Positions 8,290 through 18,643 of a stretch of DNA of 28,387 nucleotides are shown here, piece after piece; position 1 is the stretch's first letter; every line of letters begins with the position of its first letter. The notes beneath the pieces were generated by a model. The model worked only from the letters and a program-made list of their open reading frames with translations, did no database searches and had not been told where the DNA came from. Source of the stretch: Candidatus Eiseniibacteriota bacterium (lineage in GTDB: Bacteria; Eisenbacteria; RBG-16-71-46); contig CAVSAC010000007.1 of the NCBI GenBank assembly GCA_963725865.1, positions 1 to 28,387 on the forward strand, written 5' to 3'. The position numbers and the translations under genes were made by a program.

Positions 8290-9654
8290 TCATATTCTTT
8301 TGAATCTGAGCACGACTACCTGGCCGTCTCCGAGCTCGAGTCGGCCCTCGTGGCGCCAGAAGAGGCTCCACACCGGATCGGCCTCCATCTCCGCCTCGTG
8401 CCGACTCCCCTTCCAGAGGAAGGCCCAGCCACCGCTCACGACGAAGTCCGCGGCGACCTCGAGCGTCGGCGCGAGCGGCAGCGTCGCGCGCGAGGTGAAT
8501 CCATCGAACCGTCGACTGGCGCCCTCGGGCTCGACCAGGCTCTCGAGCCGCGAGTTCTGGACGTCGAATCCGGTCAACTTCATGTCCTGCGCGACCCGAC
8601 GCAGGAACAGCGTCTTGGTGCGGCGCGACTCCACCAGAGTCCAGCTCTCGCCGACGCCGGCGAACTTCAGGGGGATCGCGGGAAGACCACCGCCCGAACC
8701 GAAATCCAACCATCGCGTCGCACCGGAGGCCTTCAGCCAATGCGCTGGGGCGACTGACTCCACCAGGTGGCGGGCCACCAAACGTTCCTCGTCGTTCTTC
8801 GATATCAGATTGGAAAAGCTGCGGTTCCAGCTGACAAGCATGGCGGAGAACCGCTTCAGCAAGGCGATGGTCTCCTCGACGTGGGCCCCGGCCTCGACGA
8901 GGTGCGGGCGCAGAAGGTCCCAGTCCTGTCGGTCGAGGGTACCCGAGGGATCCCATGCGCGCAGCGGATCGACGCCGCGCTCGATCTCCTCCGAGAGCAG
9001 CGGACGCTCGGTGACCGGAGCGCCAGTGCGCCGCCGCGTCGGACGCTGCGGCCGCGTCGACCTCGTGGGTCGCGCCCCAGCGCGGGGCCCGCGCACGTCG
9101 CGCGCGTGGCTGTCGCGCCGCGCATCCCACCCGCCACCCTCGCGCCGCGGCGCACCGCTGCCGCGCGTGTCGGGCGTGCGGCCATCACGCCGCAAGCCGC
9201 GCCCGACGCCCTCGCGTCGCTGCCCACCACTGCCGCGCAGGTCGGGGGTGCGGACACCACGACGGTACTCGCTGCCGCCACCCTCGCGCTTCGGCACACC
9301 ACGGTCGCGTGCGTCCCGAACGCGAGAGTCAGCGCGGCGGACGCCACTCCCGGCATCACGTCCCGCACCCGTGCGCCTCGCGGCCGCGCCGACACGCGCA
9401 TCGCGACCGCGCGGGTCGCGCTTGGAAGGAGCGGACGGGTCGCGCTGCGCTGCGTTGCGGCGTGGCGCAGGCGGGGCTCCACGGACGGACCGGCCTGCGG
9501 GTCCGCGACCAGTGGCGCTCGGGCGTCCGGAACGCGGCGCTGCTCCCGAGGAGGAGGATGAGCCGCGCAGGGGCTTGGAGAGCGGGCGCCGGGCGGACGA
9601 AGTGGCGCCGCGGGATGCGGAACGGGGCGGCCGCGAGGGCCGAGATGGCTTCAT
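8290..9654 (-). CDS. rsmG: 16S rRNA m7G527 methyltransferase RsmG/GidB with a long Arg/Gly-rich N-terminal extension
   Basis: Core 'WNRSFSNLIS', 'RHLVES', 'LDFGSGGGLPAIPL', 'TLVESRRTKTLFL', 'FDGFTSRA'. It lies between mnmG and parA, and the frame is open from ATG 9654. Confidence 0.9.
   Translation of the reverse strand: MKPSRPSRPPRSASRGATSSARRPLSKPLRGSSSSSGAAPRSGRPSATGRGPAGRSVRGAPPAPRRNAAQRDPSAPSKRDPRGRDARVGAAARRTGAGRDAGSGVRRADSRVRDARDRGVPKREGGGSEYRRGVRTPDLRGSGGQRREGVGRGLRRDGRTPDTRGSGAPRREGGGWDARRDSHARDVRGPRAGARPTRSTRPQRPTRRRTGAPVTERPLLSEEIERGVDPLRAWDPSGTLDRQDWDLLRPHLVEAGAHVEETIALLKRFSAMLVSWNRSFSNLISKNDEERLVARHLVESVAPAHWLKASGATRWLDFGSGGGLPAIPLKFAGVGESWTLVESRRTKTLFLRRVAQDMKLTGFDVQNSRLESLVEPEGASRRFDGFTSRATLPLAPTLEVAADFVVSGGWAFLWKGSRHEAEMEADPVWSLFWRHEGRLELGDGQVVVLRFKRI
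9073..9360 (-). repeat. four degenerate 72-bp (24-aa) tandem repeats in the RsmG extension
   Basis: CCCTCGCG recurs at 9137, 9209 and 9281. Units read RDAGSGVRRADSRVRDARDRGVPK / REGGGSEYRRGVRTPDLRGSGGQR / REGVGRGLRRDGRTPDTRGSGAPR / REGGGWDARRDSHARDVRGPRAGA. Confidence 0.85.
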
Positions 9655-9809
9655 GGCGGCGCACTCTAGCACAGCATCGCGCGCGGCCGGCCGGCGCGGC
9701 GGACGTCCGTGCGTCCGACCGCTCGACCACCCCACGGCAGTCAGGCGCGCCCTGGAAACGGACGCGGACACCGCGGCGCACCGGCGGCCCGGGAGCGGCG
9801 CGATACGCC

Positions 9810-11665
9810 TCAGCCGCCCGGGGACGCGGCGCGGCGCGCGTGGATCAGGAGCACCGCGATGTCCGCCGGCGAGACGCCGGCGATGCGTGCCGCCTGCGCG
9901 ACGGTGGCGGGCCGCCAGCGCCGCAGCTTCTCGCGCGCTCTCGAACGACAGCCCGTTCAGATCCTCGACCCAGAGCGAGTCCGCGAGCGGCATCGCCTCG
10001 AGCGTCGCGGAGCGCGCGGCGGCGCGCTGCTGGCGCTCGATGTACCCGCGGTAGCGAGCGCGCACCTCGAGCGCCTCGCCCCAGGGCGCGGACAGACGCG
10101 CCTCGACCCCGAGTGCCTCTAGGCTGGCGTAGGTCATGCCGGGCCTCGCCAGATGATCGAGCGCGCTCGTCGGCGGCAGCGTGGAGTCGCGGCACGCGCA
10201 CCGTGACGCGCGACAGCCGGCCCGTCTCGGCCTCGATCGCCGCGAACTTCTCGCGCACGCGCTCCACCTGCTCGGGCCGGATCAGCCCGAGCGCGTGTCC
10301 GGTCTCGGCGAGTCGCTCGTCGGCGTTGTCGGCGCGCAGCAGCAGCCGGTGCTCGGCGGCCGAGGTGAACATGCGGTAGGGCTCGCGATGCTCGCGCGTC
10401 ACCAGGTCGTCCACCAGCACGCCCGATGTAGGCCTGGTCGCGCCGCAGCACGAACGGCGCCTCGCCGCGCAGCGCAGCGCGCGGCGTTCACGCCGGCGAC
10501 GAGTCCCTGCGCCGCCGCCTCCTCGTAGCCCGAGGTGCCGCAGATCTGCCCGGCCAGGAAGAGCCCCGGCACGCGCTTCACCTCGAGCGTCGGGCTGCAG
10601 CTGGTGCGGCAGCACGAAGTCGTACTCGACCGCGTAGCCGGGGCGGATCATCTCGGCGCGCTCGAGCCCCGCGATGGTGCGCAGGAATCCGAGCTGCACG
10701 TCTTCGGGCAGGCTGGTCGAGACGCCGTTCACGTAGATCTCGGCGACCTCGCGCCCCTCGGGCTCGAGGAAGATCTGGTGGGTGTCGCGCTCCGCGAAGC
10801 GCACCACCTTGTCCTCGATCGACGGGCAGTAGCGCGGCCCGGTGCCCCGGATCGCGCCCGAGAACAGCGGCGAGCGGCGCGAGGTTGTCGCGGATCACCG
10901 CGTGGGTGTGCGGCGTTGGTGCGGGTGAGCCAGCACAGCACCTGATCGCAGCTCGAGGCGCTCGGTCCAGTGCGAGAACGGCCGTGGCGGATCGTCGCCA
11001 CGCTGCGGGGTCGATCGCGGCGAAGTCGATCGAGTCGCGGTGGAGTCGCGGCGGCGTGCCGGTCTTGAGCCGGCCGCGCTCCAGGCCCAGCTCGGCGAGG
11101 CACTCGCTGAGCGCGCGCGCCGCGTGCTCGCCGATGCGTCCGCCCTCGAGCTGCCGTCGCCCGATGTGGATGAGCCCGTTCAGGAACGTGCCGGGAGTGA
11201 TCACCAGGCGCGGCAGGCGAGCACGCGGCCATCGGCGAGCTCGAGCGCCGCGACGCGCCGCGCGCTCGATCCGCACTCGCTGCGCCAGCACTCGACGATG
11301 CGCGTCAGCCCGGCGATGGCATCGAGCATCGCGCGCCATCTCGACCGAGTAGCGCGGGCTTGTCGCACTGCGCGCGCGGCGACCACACCGCCGGGCCGCG
11401 GCCACGGTTGAGCATCTTGAACTGGATGCCGGCGCGGTCGGTGACCCGCGCCATCAGCCCACCGAGCGCGTCCAGCTCGCGCACCATGTGACCCTTGGCG
11501 ATCCCGCCGATGGCGGGGTTGCAGGACATGCGCGCGACGTCGTCGAGCCGCACCGTGAGCAGCGCGGTGGCGAGCCCCATGCGCGCGCACGCCGCGCGCG
11601 GCCTCGCAGCCGGCGTGGCCCGCGCCGATCACCACCACGTCGAAAGCGTCATCCGCGCTCACCAT
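9810..11665 (-). CDS. mnmG: tRNA uridine 5-carboxymethylaminomethyl modification enzyme MnmG/GidA (multiple frameshifts)
   Basis: '[16 protein letters not shown]', '[24 protein letters not shown]', '[10 protein letters not shown]', '[11 protein letters not shown]', 'HQIFLEPEG', '[17 protein letters not shown]', '[21 protein letters not shown]'. Confidence 0.97.
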
Positions 11666-11669
11666 GGGC

Positions 11670-12380
11670 TCAGCGCTTCCGCGCCGGCAGCGGCGGCGGT
11701 TGCCAGATGGTGTAAGACCGAGCGAGCATCGCATAGCGCCGCGAGCCCACGATGCGGAGCGCCAGAGTCCGGATCGGCGTGTGACTGGTCGCGGCGTTCA
11801 TGCGGATGCAGCGCACCGTGCTCTCGACCAGCCTGTCGAGGTGCTTCTGCCCCCAGGCCGAGAGGCGCTGCTGAGCCCCGTTCGGAAGAGCCCGATGGTC
11901 CTCGGCGCGCGCACGATCCACACCCCCGGACACGTCGAGCGAGACCCGCAACGTGTCGAGGACCAGGAATCCCGGCTCGCCCTCCCAGCCCTCCTTGTGG
12001 TCAGTCCCTCGCGGATGGGGAACGAACGTGAGGTCGTACCACGAACCCGACCCCGGTGAGGTCTTGACCTTCAGTTCCCAGAGGTACGCCTCGTTCCAGT
12101 CCTCCGCGTATTCCGAATCGGGTGCCGATGCCCGTCCCCGCCGCGCCAGGACCGCATTCCGCTCGCAGGTGTGGTCGATCGCCAATCCGGGGCGCTCACC
12201 CGAGCCGCTGGTGTAGACATAGGTCACGCGGTGGATTTCGAATTCGCCATTCTCGCCGAGGTACATGGGCTGAGCGACCTCGACCAGACCGTCCCAGGCG
12301 GCGCAGGCCTCCCGCACCCCACAGCCCAGACCGAGCGCGAGGACGAGCAAAGCGGTGGTCGATCCTACGAACCTCGACAT
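11670..12380 (-). CDS. hypothetical exported protein (236 aa)
   Basis: Intact ORF with a GAGGAGG RBS, an N-terminal signal-like segment 'MSRFVGSTTALLVLALGLGC...ACAA' and globular-looking composition. No family recognised. Confidence 0.75.
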   Translation of the reverse strand: MSRFVGSTTALLVLALGLGCGVREACAAWDGLVEVAQPMYLGENGEFEIHRVTYVYTSGSGERPGLAIDHTCERNAVLARRGRASAPDSEYAEDWNEAYLWELKVKTSPGSGSWYDLTFVPHPRGTDHKEGWEGEPGFLVLDTLRVSLDVSGGVDRARAEDHRALPNGAQQRLSAWGQKHLDRLVESTVRCIRMNAATSHTPIRTLALRIVGSRRYAMLARSYTIWQPPPLPARKR

Positions 12381-12390
12381 GGCAGCCTCC

Positions 12391-13785
12391 TCACTTGCCG
12401 ATGCAGAAGCGCGCGAAGATGCGCTCGAGCAGGTCCCCGTCCACCGCGCGCCCGGTGATCGCGCCGAGCGCGGCCTGGGCGTCGCGCAAGCGCGCCGCCA
12501 CCACCTCGCCGGCCGCGCCGGCGCGCGCCTCATCCTCGGCGGCCCGCAGGGCGTCGCGCGCCTCGGCGAGCGCGTCGAGATGGCGCGGATTGCTCGCCGC
12601 GACGCCGAGCCCACCCGCGGCGTGGCGCACGCCGAGCAGATCGGCGAGGGCCTCGCGCAGGTGATCGAGACCGGCACCGGTGAGCGCACTGGTCTCCACC
12701 ACCCGGTGGTCGACGCCGGCGAGCAGCTCCGCCACTTCGCCCGCGTTCACCATGGCGCCACGGTCCCGCTGATTGAGCACCGCCACCACACGGCGGCCGG
12801 CGAGCTCGCGGGCCAGCGCGCGGTCGGCGTCGGCGAGCGGTGTGGCGCCGTCGATCACCCACAGTACCAGCCGGCTCTCCTCGAGTGCGGCTCGGGCTCG
12901 GGCCACCCCGATCGCCTCGGCCGCGTCGTCTGCCACCCGCAGGCCGGCGGTGTCGGAGAGCGTCACCCGCACGCCCGCGAGCTCGACCGCCTCGCTCACG
13001 CGATCGCGCGTCGTGCCGGGCGCGGCGGTGACGATGGCGCGTTCCTCGCCCAGCAGGGCGTTGAAGAGCGAGGACTTGCCGACGTTGGGCCGGCCGACGA
13101 TCGGCACGTGCACGCCCTCGCGCACCGCGGCCAGCCCACGCGGCGCTCGAGCAGGGCGTCGAGCCCGTCGGCCGCGGCGGACAGCGCCGCCACGACGTGC
13201 GCGGGCACCTCGACGCCGCCGACGTCCTCGGCGAAGTCCACCCGCGCCTCGACCTCGGCGCGCGCGTCGGCGAGGCGCTCGTCGAGCGCGGCCAGGGCGC
13301 GCGACAGCGCGCCCGCGAGCTGGTCCAGGGCGAGGGCGCGCGCCGCCTCGGTCTCGGCCGGGATCAGGTCGGCGACCGCCTCGGCCTGCGCGAGGTCCAG
13401 CCGGCCGCGCAGGAACGCGCGCAGGGTGAACTCGCCCGGCCGCGCGAGCCGCGCGCCCGCCGCGAGCAGCGCGTCGAGCACCTGCGCGCGGGCAGCCGCC
13501 CGCCGTGGCAGGACAGCTCGACCACGTCCTCGCGCGTGTACGAGCGCGGCGCGCGGAAGACCGCCGCGACCACCTCGTCGAGCAGCTCGTCCGCGCCGCC
13601 GCGGCCGCCACGCCCAGCCGTGGTGCAGCGTGTGGCTCGGGGCCTCGGCGAGCTTCGATCGCGCCGCGGAAGACGCGGTCGGCGATCGCGAGCGCGCGCG
13701 CTCCGCACACGCGCACGACCGCGAGCCCGGCGCTGCCCGGGGCGGTCGCGATGGCGGCGATGTTGTCGTCGAGCGGTAGGTTCAT
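12391..13785 (-). CDS. mnmE: tRNA modification GTPase MnmE/TrmE (frameshifted)
   Basis: '[11 protein letters not shown]', '[17 protein letters not shown]', '[27 protein letters not shown]', '[14 protein letters not shown]', 'GTTRD', 'DTAGLR', C-terminal 'IFARFCIGK'. Confidence 0.97.
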   Translation of the reverse strand: MNLPLDDNIAAIATAPGSAGLAVVRVCGARALAIADRVFRGAIEARRGPEPHAAPRLGVAAAAARTSCSTRWSRRSSARRARTRARTWSSCPATAGGCPRAGARRAARGGRAARAAGRVHPARVPARPAGPRAGRGGRRPDPGRDRGGARPRPGPARGRAVARPGRARRAPRRRARRGRGAGGLRRGRRRRRGARARRGGAVRRGRRARRPARAPRGLAAVREGVHVPIVGRPNVGKSSLFNALLGEERAIVTAAPGTTRDRVSEAVELAGVRVTLSDTAGLRVADDAAEAIGVARARAALEESRLVLWVIDGATPLADADRALARELAGRRVVAVLNQRDRGAMVNAGEVAELLAGVDHRVVETSALTGAGLDHLREALADLLGVRHAAGGLGVAASNPRHLDALAEARDALRAAEDEARAGAAGEVVAARLRDAQAALGAITGRAVDGDLLERIFARFCIGK

Positions 13786-13798
13786 GGAGTCCTCAGTG

Positions 13799-13833
13799 AA
13801 CGAAGAAGCGCCGGGCCCGCAGGAACCCGGCGC
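13799..13833 (-). terminator. probable intrinsic terminator after jag
   Basis: GCGCCGGG...CCCGGCGC stem (13808-13833), followed on the minus strand by TTCTTCGTT. Confidence 0.55.
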
Positions 13834-13853
13834 CGTGGACGAACCGAGTCAGC

Positions 13854-15375
13854 CTACTCCTCGTCGCCCGGGCTCTCCGGGAAGTCGGCGGGAGCGATCG
13901 CCACGCGTTTGATCATGCCCGTGCCGAGCGCGAACGTCTTCACGCGCGCGTCCTCGCGGAGCGTCACGTGGACGATGCGCCGCTCCTGCGAGTTCAGGTA
14001 GTCGGTCACGACCTCGACGTTCTGGCCACGGCCTCGTCGGCGAGCGAGCGGGCCAGGTCCTCGAGCTCGATCTCGCGGCGCCTCCAGAAGTCGTTGATCT
14101 CGAGCTGCAGGTGGTAGCGCGAGCCCTCGCCGCGGTTGAGGAAGCGGTTGAGCAGGTGCTGGAGCGCCTGCCGGACCTCGCCCTTCTGGCCGGTGAGCAG
14201 GTCGTCGTCCTTGGCGATCTCGGCGGTGACGTCGGCGCGGTTGCCGTCCGCCGTCGCGGTGACCGTCGCCTCGAAGCCCATGGCGCGCAGCAGTTCCTCG
14301 GTGAGGCGCCGGCTCGGTCGGCCAGGCTCGTTCGACATCGCGCTCCTCGGAGTCTCGACGCGATCGCGGCTCGCGCGCGGCTGCTCGCGCGCACGGCGGC
14401 CGCTCGGCGATCCCCACGGGAACGTCCCCCGTCTCGAAGTCGCGCGCTCTTCGAGCGCCTCGTGCGGCTCGACCGTCTCGTTCGCTTCGAACTCCTCCGG
14501 CTCGACGGTCCGCAGCCGTTCGGTGCGACGTCCACGACCGACTCGGCGACGCGCCCGGCACCCGTCGCGACGGCGGCCCCGCCCGCCGCGACGTCCGCGA
14601 CGGCGGCGCCGGCGATCGGCCTCGCTGCCCGCCTCGTCGCCACGCGCCTCCGACCGGACGGCGCCGGCAGCGGAGCGGCTCCGGGCGCCTCGCCGCGCGC
14701 GACGCTCGCCGGGACGGCCTGGGACGCGGCGCGGCTCCTCGCACGGGCGTCGCGCCGTTCGTCGCGCCTGCCCTCGCGGCGGCCTTCGCGCCGCGGCTCG
14801 CCTCGCGGGCCTCCTGCGGCTCGCGCGCTCACGCGACTCACGGGGCACGCCCCTCCGGGCCACGACCCTCGCGCGGGCCACGGGGCTCGCGGGGACCGCG
14901 CTCCTCGCGCGGCTCCTGCCCTTCGCGGCCGGCGACGCGACCCTCGGCGGCCCCGGTCGTCGTCGCGCCGGCCCTCGTCGCGCGACTCCGCCGGACGGGC
15001 GTCTCGCGCCTGGGCTCGTCGCCGCCGCGCGCGGGCGATCCCTCGCGCGGCGCTCCTCGCGCCGGCCGGGATCGCCGCCTCCCTGCCCCGCCGCTCCTCA
15101 CGATCCCGCCCGCGGCCGCGATCGCGGTCGCGACCGCCGCGGCGGCCGTCGTCGCGCCCGGCTGCACCCGGCCTCGCTCTCCTCGGGCTCGCGCACCGCG
15201 CCGCCCGGGCGGCGCATGATGCTCCGCGAAACGGCGGCGCGCCGAAGCCCAGGAATCCGCCCTTGCCCTCTCCGATCATCGTGATGGTGGCTTCCGCGCG
15301 CGACAGGCCGAGATCGTCCAGACCCATGCGCACCGCTTCTTCGAAGGTCTTGCCTTCGTACACCGAACCCTTCAT
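13854..15375 (-). CDS. khpB: Jag/EloR/KhpB RNA-binding protein (Jag_N, long charged linker, KH and R3H; frameshifted)
   Basis: Jag_N 'YEGKTFEEAV..GL..LG...EGKGGFLGFGA'. KH 'LLTGQKGEVRQALQHLLN'. R3H 'LNSQERRIVHVTL...VKTFALGTG'. Canonical position between yidC and mnmE. Confidence 0.92.
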
Positions 15376-15623
15376 GGCTCTGTTGCCTCTCCTGCGTCGG
15401 GGGGGCGCTGCTCGGCGGGGGGCGCGCCGCGCGGCGTCCGAGCATGGGCGACTCGTGGTCCGTGGCGCGGGGATCGCGCGGCGCTCCCCCGAGGTGGGGG
15501 AGCACCGGCGCCGCCTCGCGCGGCCACGGACCGGTGGCGACGTCAGCTTACTTCGGCGCGAGCCCCGTGGCTCGGGTGAGACGCGTTTCGGCGAACGCGC
15601 GAATCGGGCGCGCACGCTCCGGA

Positions 15624-17449
15624 CTAGCGGCCCTCTTGCGGGGCTTGGTGCGCCGTTGCGGGGACCACGACGGCCCCGGACGCCCCGTCGCCGCGCATCG
15701 CCAGCCACTGCTGGACCGCGGTGAGCACGTTCATGACCGTCCAGTAGAAGACCAGACCGGACGGCAGGTTGTAGAAGATGAACAGCATGAAGATGTTCAT
15801 CATGTACATGGTGGGCGCCTGCTTGCGGGTCCGTCGGAGTCAGGACCTGCGACAGGAGACCGGTCCCCGCCATGAGCAGTGGCAGGAGACGCACCGGGAT
15901 CGGGCAGGCCGGCGAGCGGCAGCACCAGGTCGGGCGCCGACAGATCGTGGATCCAGGCCACGAACGGCGCCTGGCGCAGGTCGATGGCGTTGTTGATGAC
16001 CGCGTAGAGCGCGAAGAACAGGGGCATCTGCAGCACCATGGGCAGGCAGCCGCCCGTCGGATTCACCTTGTTCTCCTTGTACAGCGCCATCGTCGCCGTG
16101 TTCATCGCCTGCGGGTCGTTCTTGTACTTCTCGCGGATGCGCTCGATCTCGGGCTGCAGCTTCTGCATCGCGCGCATGCTCTTCATGCTCGTCATGTTGA
16201 GCGGGTGCAGCAGCAGCCGCACGAGCGTCGCGAGCAGCAGGATCGTGATGCCGTAGTTGCGGACCACGCCGTCGATCGCGCGCATGAGCTGGAGCAGCAG
16301 CTTGCTGAACGGCAGCGATCCAGCTCCAGCCCAGGTCCACGACCGCGCAGCTCGAGCGGGACGCTTGCCTTCGCCAGCAGCGGTGGATCGCTCGGCCCGA
16401 TGTAGCCACGAAGTGCTGCACGCCGGCGCCCGAGGCCGGCAGCGGCATCACCAGCGTGGACGCGACGCGGCTGGTACCGGCTTCGTGCCCGGGGGCAGGA
16501 TCATCGCCTGCTCGGCGGTCGGCCGGGCAGCTCGGCGGTCGCGGCCACGCCGCGCGCCCGCCGCCGCGCCAGCGTGCCGACCAGCGCGAGGAAGTAGCGG
16601 CTCTGCACGCCGGCCCAGCGCGACGCGCCTCGAGCACCTTGGGTCGGCCTTGACGAGCGCCGGCGCCGTCGCGGTGCAGGTCCTTGCCGACCAGGCTCGA
16701 CGCGCGCAGGCCGCGCGAGTCCGTCTGCGGGTCGACTCGGTGAGCGCGGCCACGAGCGCGTCGTGAGCGAGTAGTCGCGAGCCGCCACGCCGGCGGGACG
16801 CCGCGCGTCTCGACCTCGAGGTCGAGCAGTGTAGCTGTCGGGCCGCACCCGCCACGTCTGGCGCACGCGCATCGCCGCCCGAGTCGCGCGCGGTGAAGGT
16901 CAGCGCGCGCATCGCGCCGGCCGCGTCGGTGCTCTCGGTCACGGCGAACATCGTGTCCGCGAGCGAGCGAGGCCGAGGCGCCCGAGCCCAGGTCGAGCGC
17001 GAACGTGGGCGCGCCGTCCAGCGTGACGCGGTCACCCTCGGGCACGTCCTGGCCGTGCTTCGGGCGCAGCGAGGGCTTCGCGTGGAAGTCGGCTCGCGCC
17101 GTAGGCGCAGCGCTTGAGCTCGAAGCCGACGAGCCGCGCGCCGCGGTTCGAGAACTCGGCGCGGTAGAGCGGCGTCTCGACGACCGAGAGCTGCTCCGGG
17201 ACGCCGCGGGCACGGCCGGCCACGCGGGCGCGAGCGCCGGCGCCGCCGGCGACGCCCGGCTGCGCCGGCGCCGCCGGCGGCGGCGCCGGCGGACGGGCGG
17301 CGGGCGTCGCTGTCGCGCACGACGAGCGTCGAGTCGGCGGCGGGCCGGCGGACGGGCTGCTCGGTCGCGTACCTCGCCTGCAGCGCCGTGAAGGCCGCGA
17401 AGACGACGAGCAGCGCGAGCGCGAGGGCGATGAGGGTTCGACGATCCAT
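15624..17449 (-). CDS. yidC: membrane protein insertase YidC (multiple frameshifts)
   Basis: 'MDRRTLIALAL', 'VETPLYRAEFSNRGA', 'WAGVQSRYF', 'NYGITILLLATLVRLLLHPL', 'MQKLQPEI', 'KVNPTGGCLPMVLQMPLFFALY', 'WIHDLSAPD', 'PSGLVFYW'. Confidence 0.96.
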
Positions 17450-17452
17450 GGG

Positions 17453-17661
17453 TCAGGGCACCGGGTCGTAGCCGGCCGATCCCAGCGGGTGACAGCGCCC
17501 GAGCCGCGCCAGCGCGAGCCGGCCGCCGCGCCACAACGCCGTGGCGCGCGATGGCCTCGCGCGCGTACTCCGAGCAGGTGGGGTGGTGGCGGCAGGCGCC
17601 GCGCAGTGATGCCGGGGCGAGACCTGGTAGAGCCGAATGAGCACAGGACGAGCGCGCGCAT
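17453..17661 (-). CDS. yidD: membrane protein insertion efficiency factor YidD (frameshifted)
   Basis: 'LIRLYQ', '[13 protein letters not shown]', '[17 protein letters not shown]'. It lies between rnpA and yidC. Confidence 0.93.
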
Positions 17662-17664
17662 GGG

Positions 17665-18046
17665 TCAGGCGTGCGCCACCGGAGCGCAGCGCGCCCGCGT
17701 GCGCGAGCAGGCTCTCGACCTCGGTGGCCAGCTCCTGGTGCGGCGCGGTCAGGGCCGCGCGTGAGGCGATGAACACGAGCAGGAATCCATGGTGGGGGAC
17801 ACGCGGCCAGCGGCGCCGCACGATCTCGCGGAGCCGACGACGCGCGCGGTTGCGCTGCACCGCTCCGCCGACTCCGCGCTTGCTGGCGATCCAGCCCAGT
17901 CGGGTGACCTCGCCCGGCGCCGCGAGCGCGAGCAGCAGGCAGTGGCGTCCGCGCAGGGCCTCACCCTGGGACTTCACGGCGGTGAATTCGCGCGAGGTGC
18001 GGAGGCGCCGGTCGCGGTCCCAGCGTTCCGGATGACGGTCGGTCAT
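17665..18046 (-). CDS. rnpA: ribonuclease P protein component
   Basis: '[10 protein letters not shown]', '[29 protein letters not shown]' (RNR motif). The stop is approximate. Confidence 0.92.
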
Positions 18047-18074
18047 TCGGCTCCACCCTGCGTCAGGCACGCGG

Positions 18075-18298
18075 TCATGCGCGGGCTCGCCGCGCCCGCA
18101 TGCGGGCGCGAGACTCGCCGAGCCGTGCGACAAGGACGGGCGTCCGGGGACGACTACTCGGTCGGAGACGGTCAGACGCTTCCGGCCGCGAGCGCGCCGG
18201 GCGGCGATGATCTTGCGGCCGCCCTTGGTCGACATGCGCGAGCGGAAGCCGTGCGTCTTGAACTTGTGGCGATTGCGGGGTCGGAACGTGCGCTTCAT
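18075..18298 (-). CDS. rpmH: 50S ribosomal protein L34, apparently C-terminally extended
   Basis: '[44 protein letters not shown]' has no stop at the usual position. The 3' end is uncertain. Confidence 0.93.
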
Positions 18299-18346
18299 GG
18301 GGACGGAGACTCCACGAGACAGGGTCAGTACACAATGAGACGCGGG

Positions 18347-18376
18347 ACGTTACGGGACCCGGAGGCCCCGCGTCAA
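18347..18376 (-). promoter_or_regulatory. putative sigma70 promoter of the rpmH operon
   Basis: Minus strand TTGACG-N18-TAACGT, about 50 nt upstream of rpmH. Confidence 0.5.
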
Positions 18377-18643
18377 GGACGGCGGACCGGCCGGGGACCG
18401 GTCCGGGGACCCCGGGACCCGCTCCCGGAGCGCCGCCAGGGCATGGTCCGGGCTCCCGGCCCGCCGGGACCGGGGCCCGAAGCGCCCCTGCCGGGCCCCT
18501 CGTGATGCTTCAGGTCACTGCAGCGCTTGCCGATGACTCCGACGACCTCGCCCTCGGGGGCTCACCCGTCCTCGACCTGCCCGGGGGGCTGCAGCCCGAC
18601 ACGTCGGATGCGGCACGGCCGCGTCCACACCACGGAAGGTGGG

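Noticed and set aside
9073..9360. 72-bp periodic repeats as a CRISPR array
   Set aside because: The units are degenerate along their whole length and in frame, with no constant repeat plus unique spacer and no cas genes.
8290..10137. 615-aa MnmG C-terminus-RsmG fusion
   Set aside because: MnmG shifts frame near 9940 and has its own stop at 9810.
1490..17661. Mass pseudogenisation or programmed frameshifting of housekeeping genes
   Set aside because: The genes are essential with intact motifs, and the shifts are scattered without slippery-site patterns. Sequencing error is the simpler explanation.
17453..18298. 281-aa L34-RnpA-YidD triple fusion in the ORF track
   Set aside because: The YidD motifs switch frames internally, so at least the RnpA-YidD join is an indel artefact.
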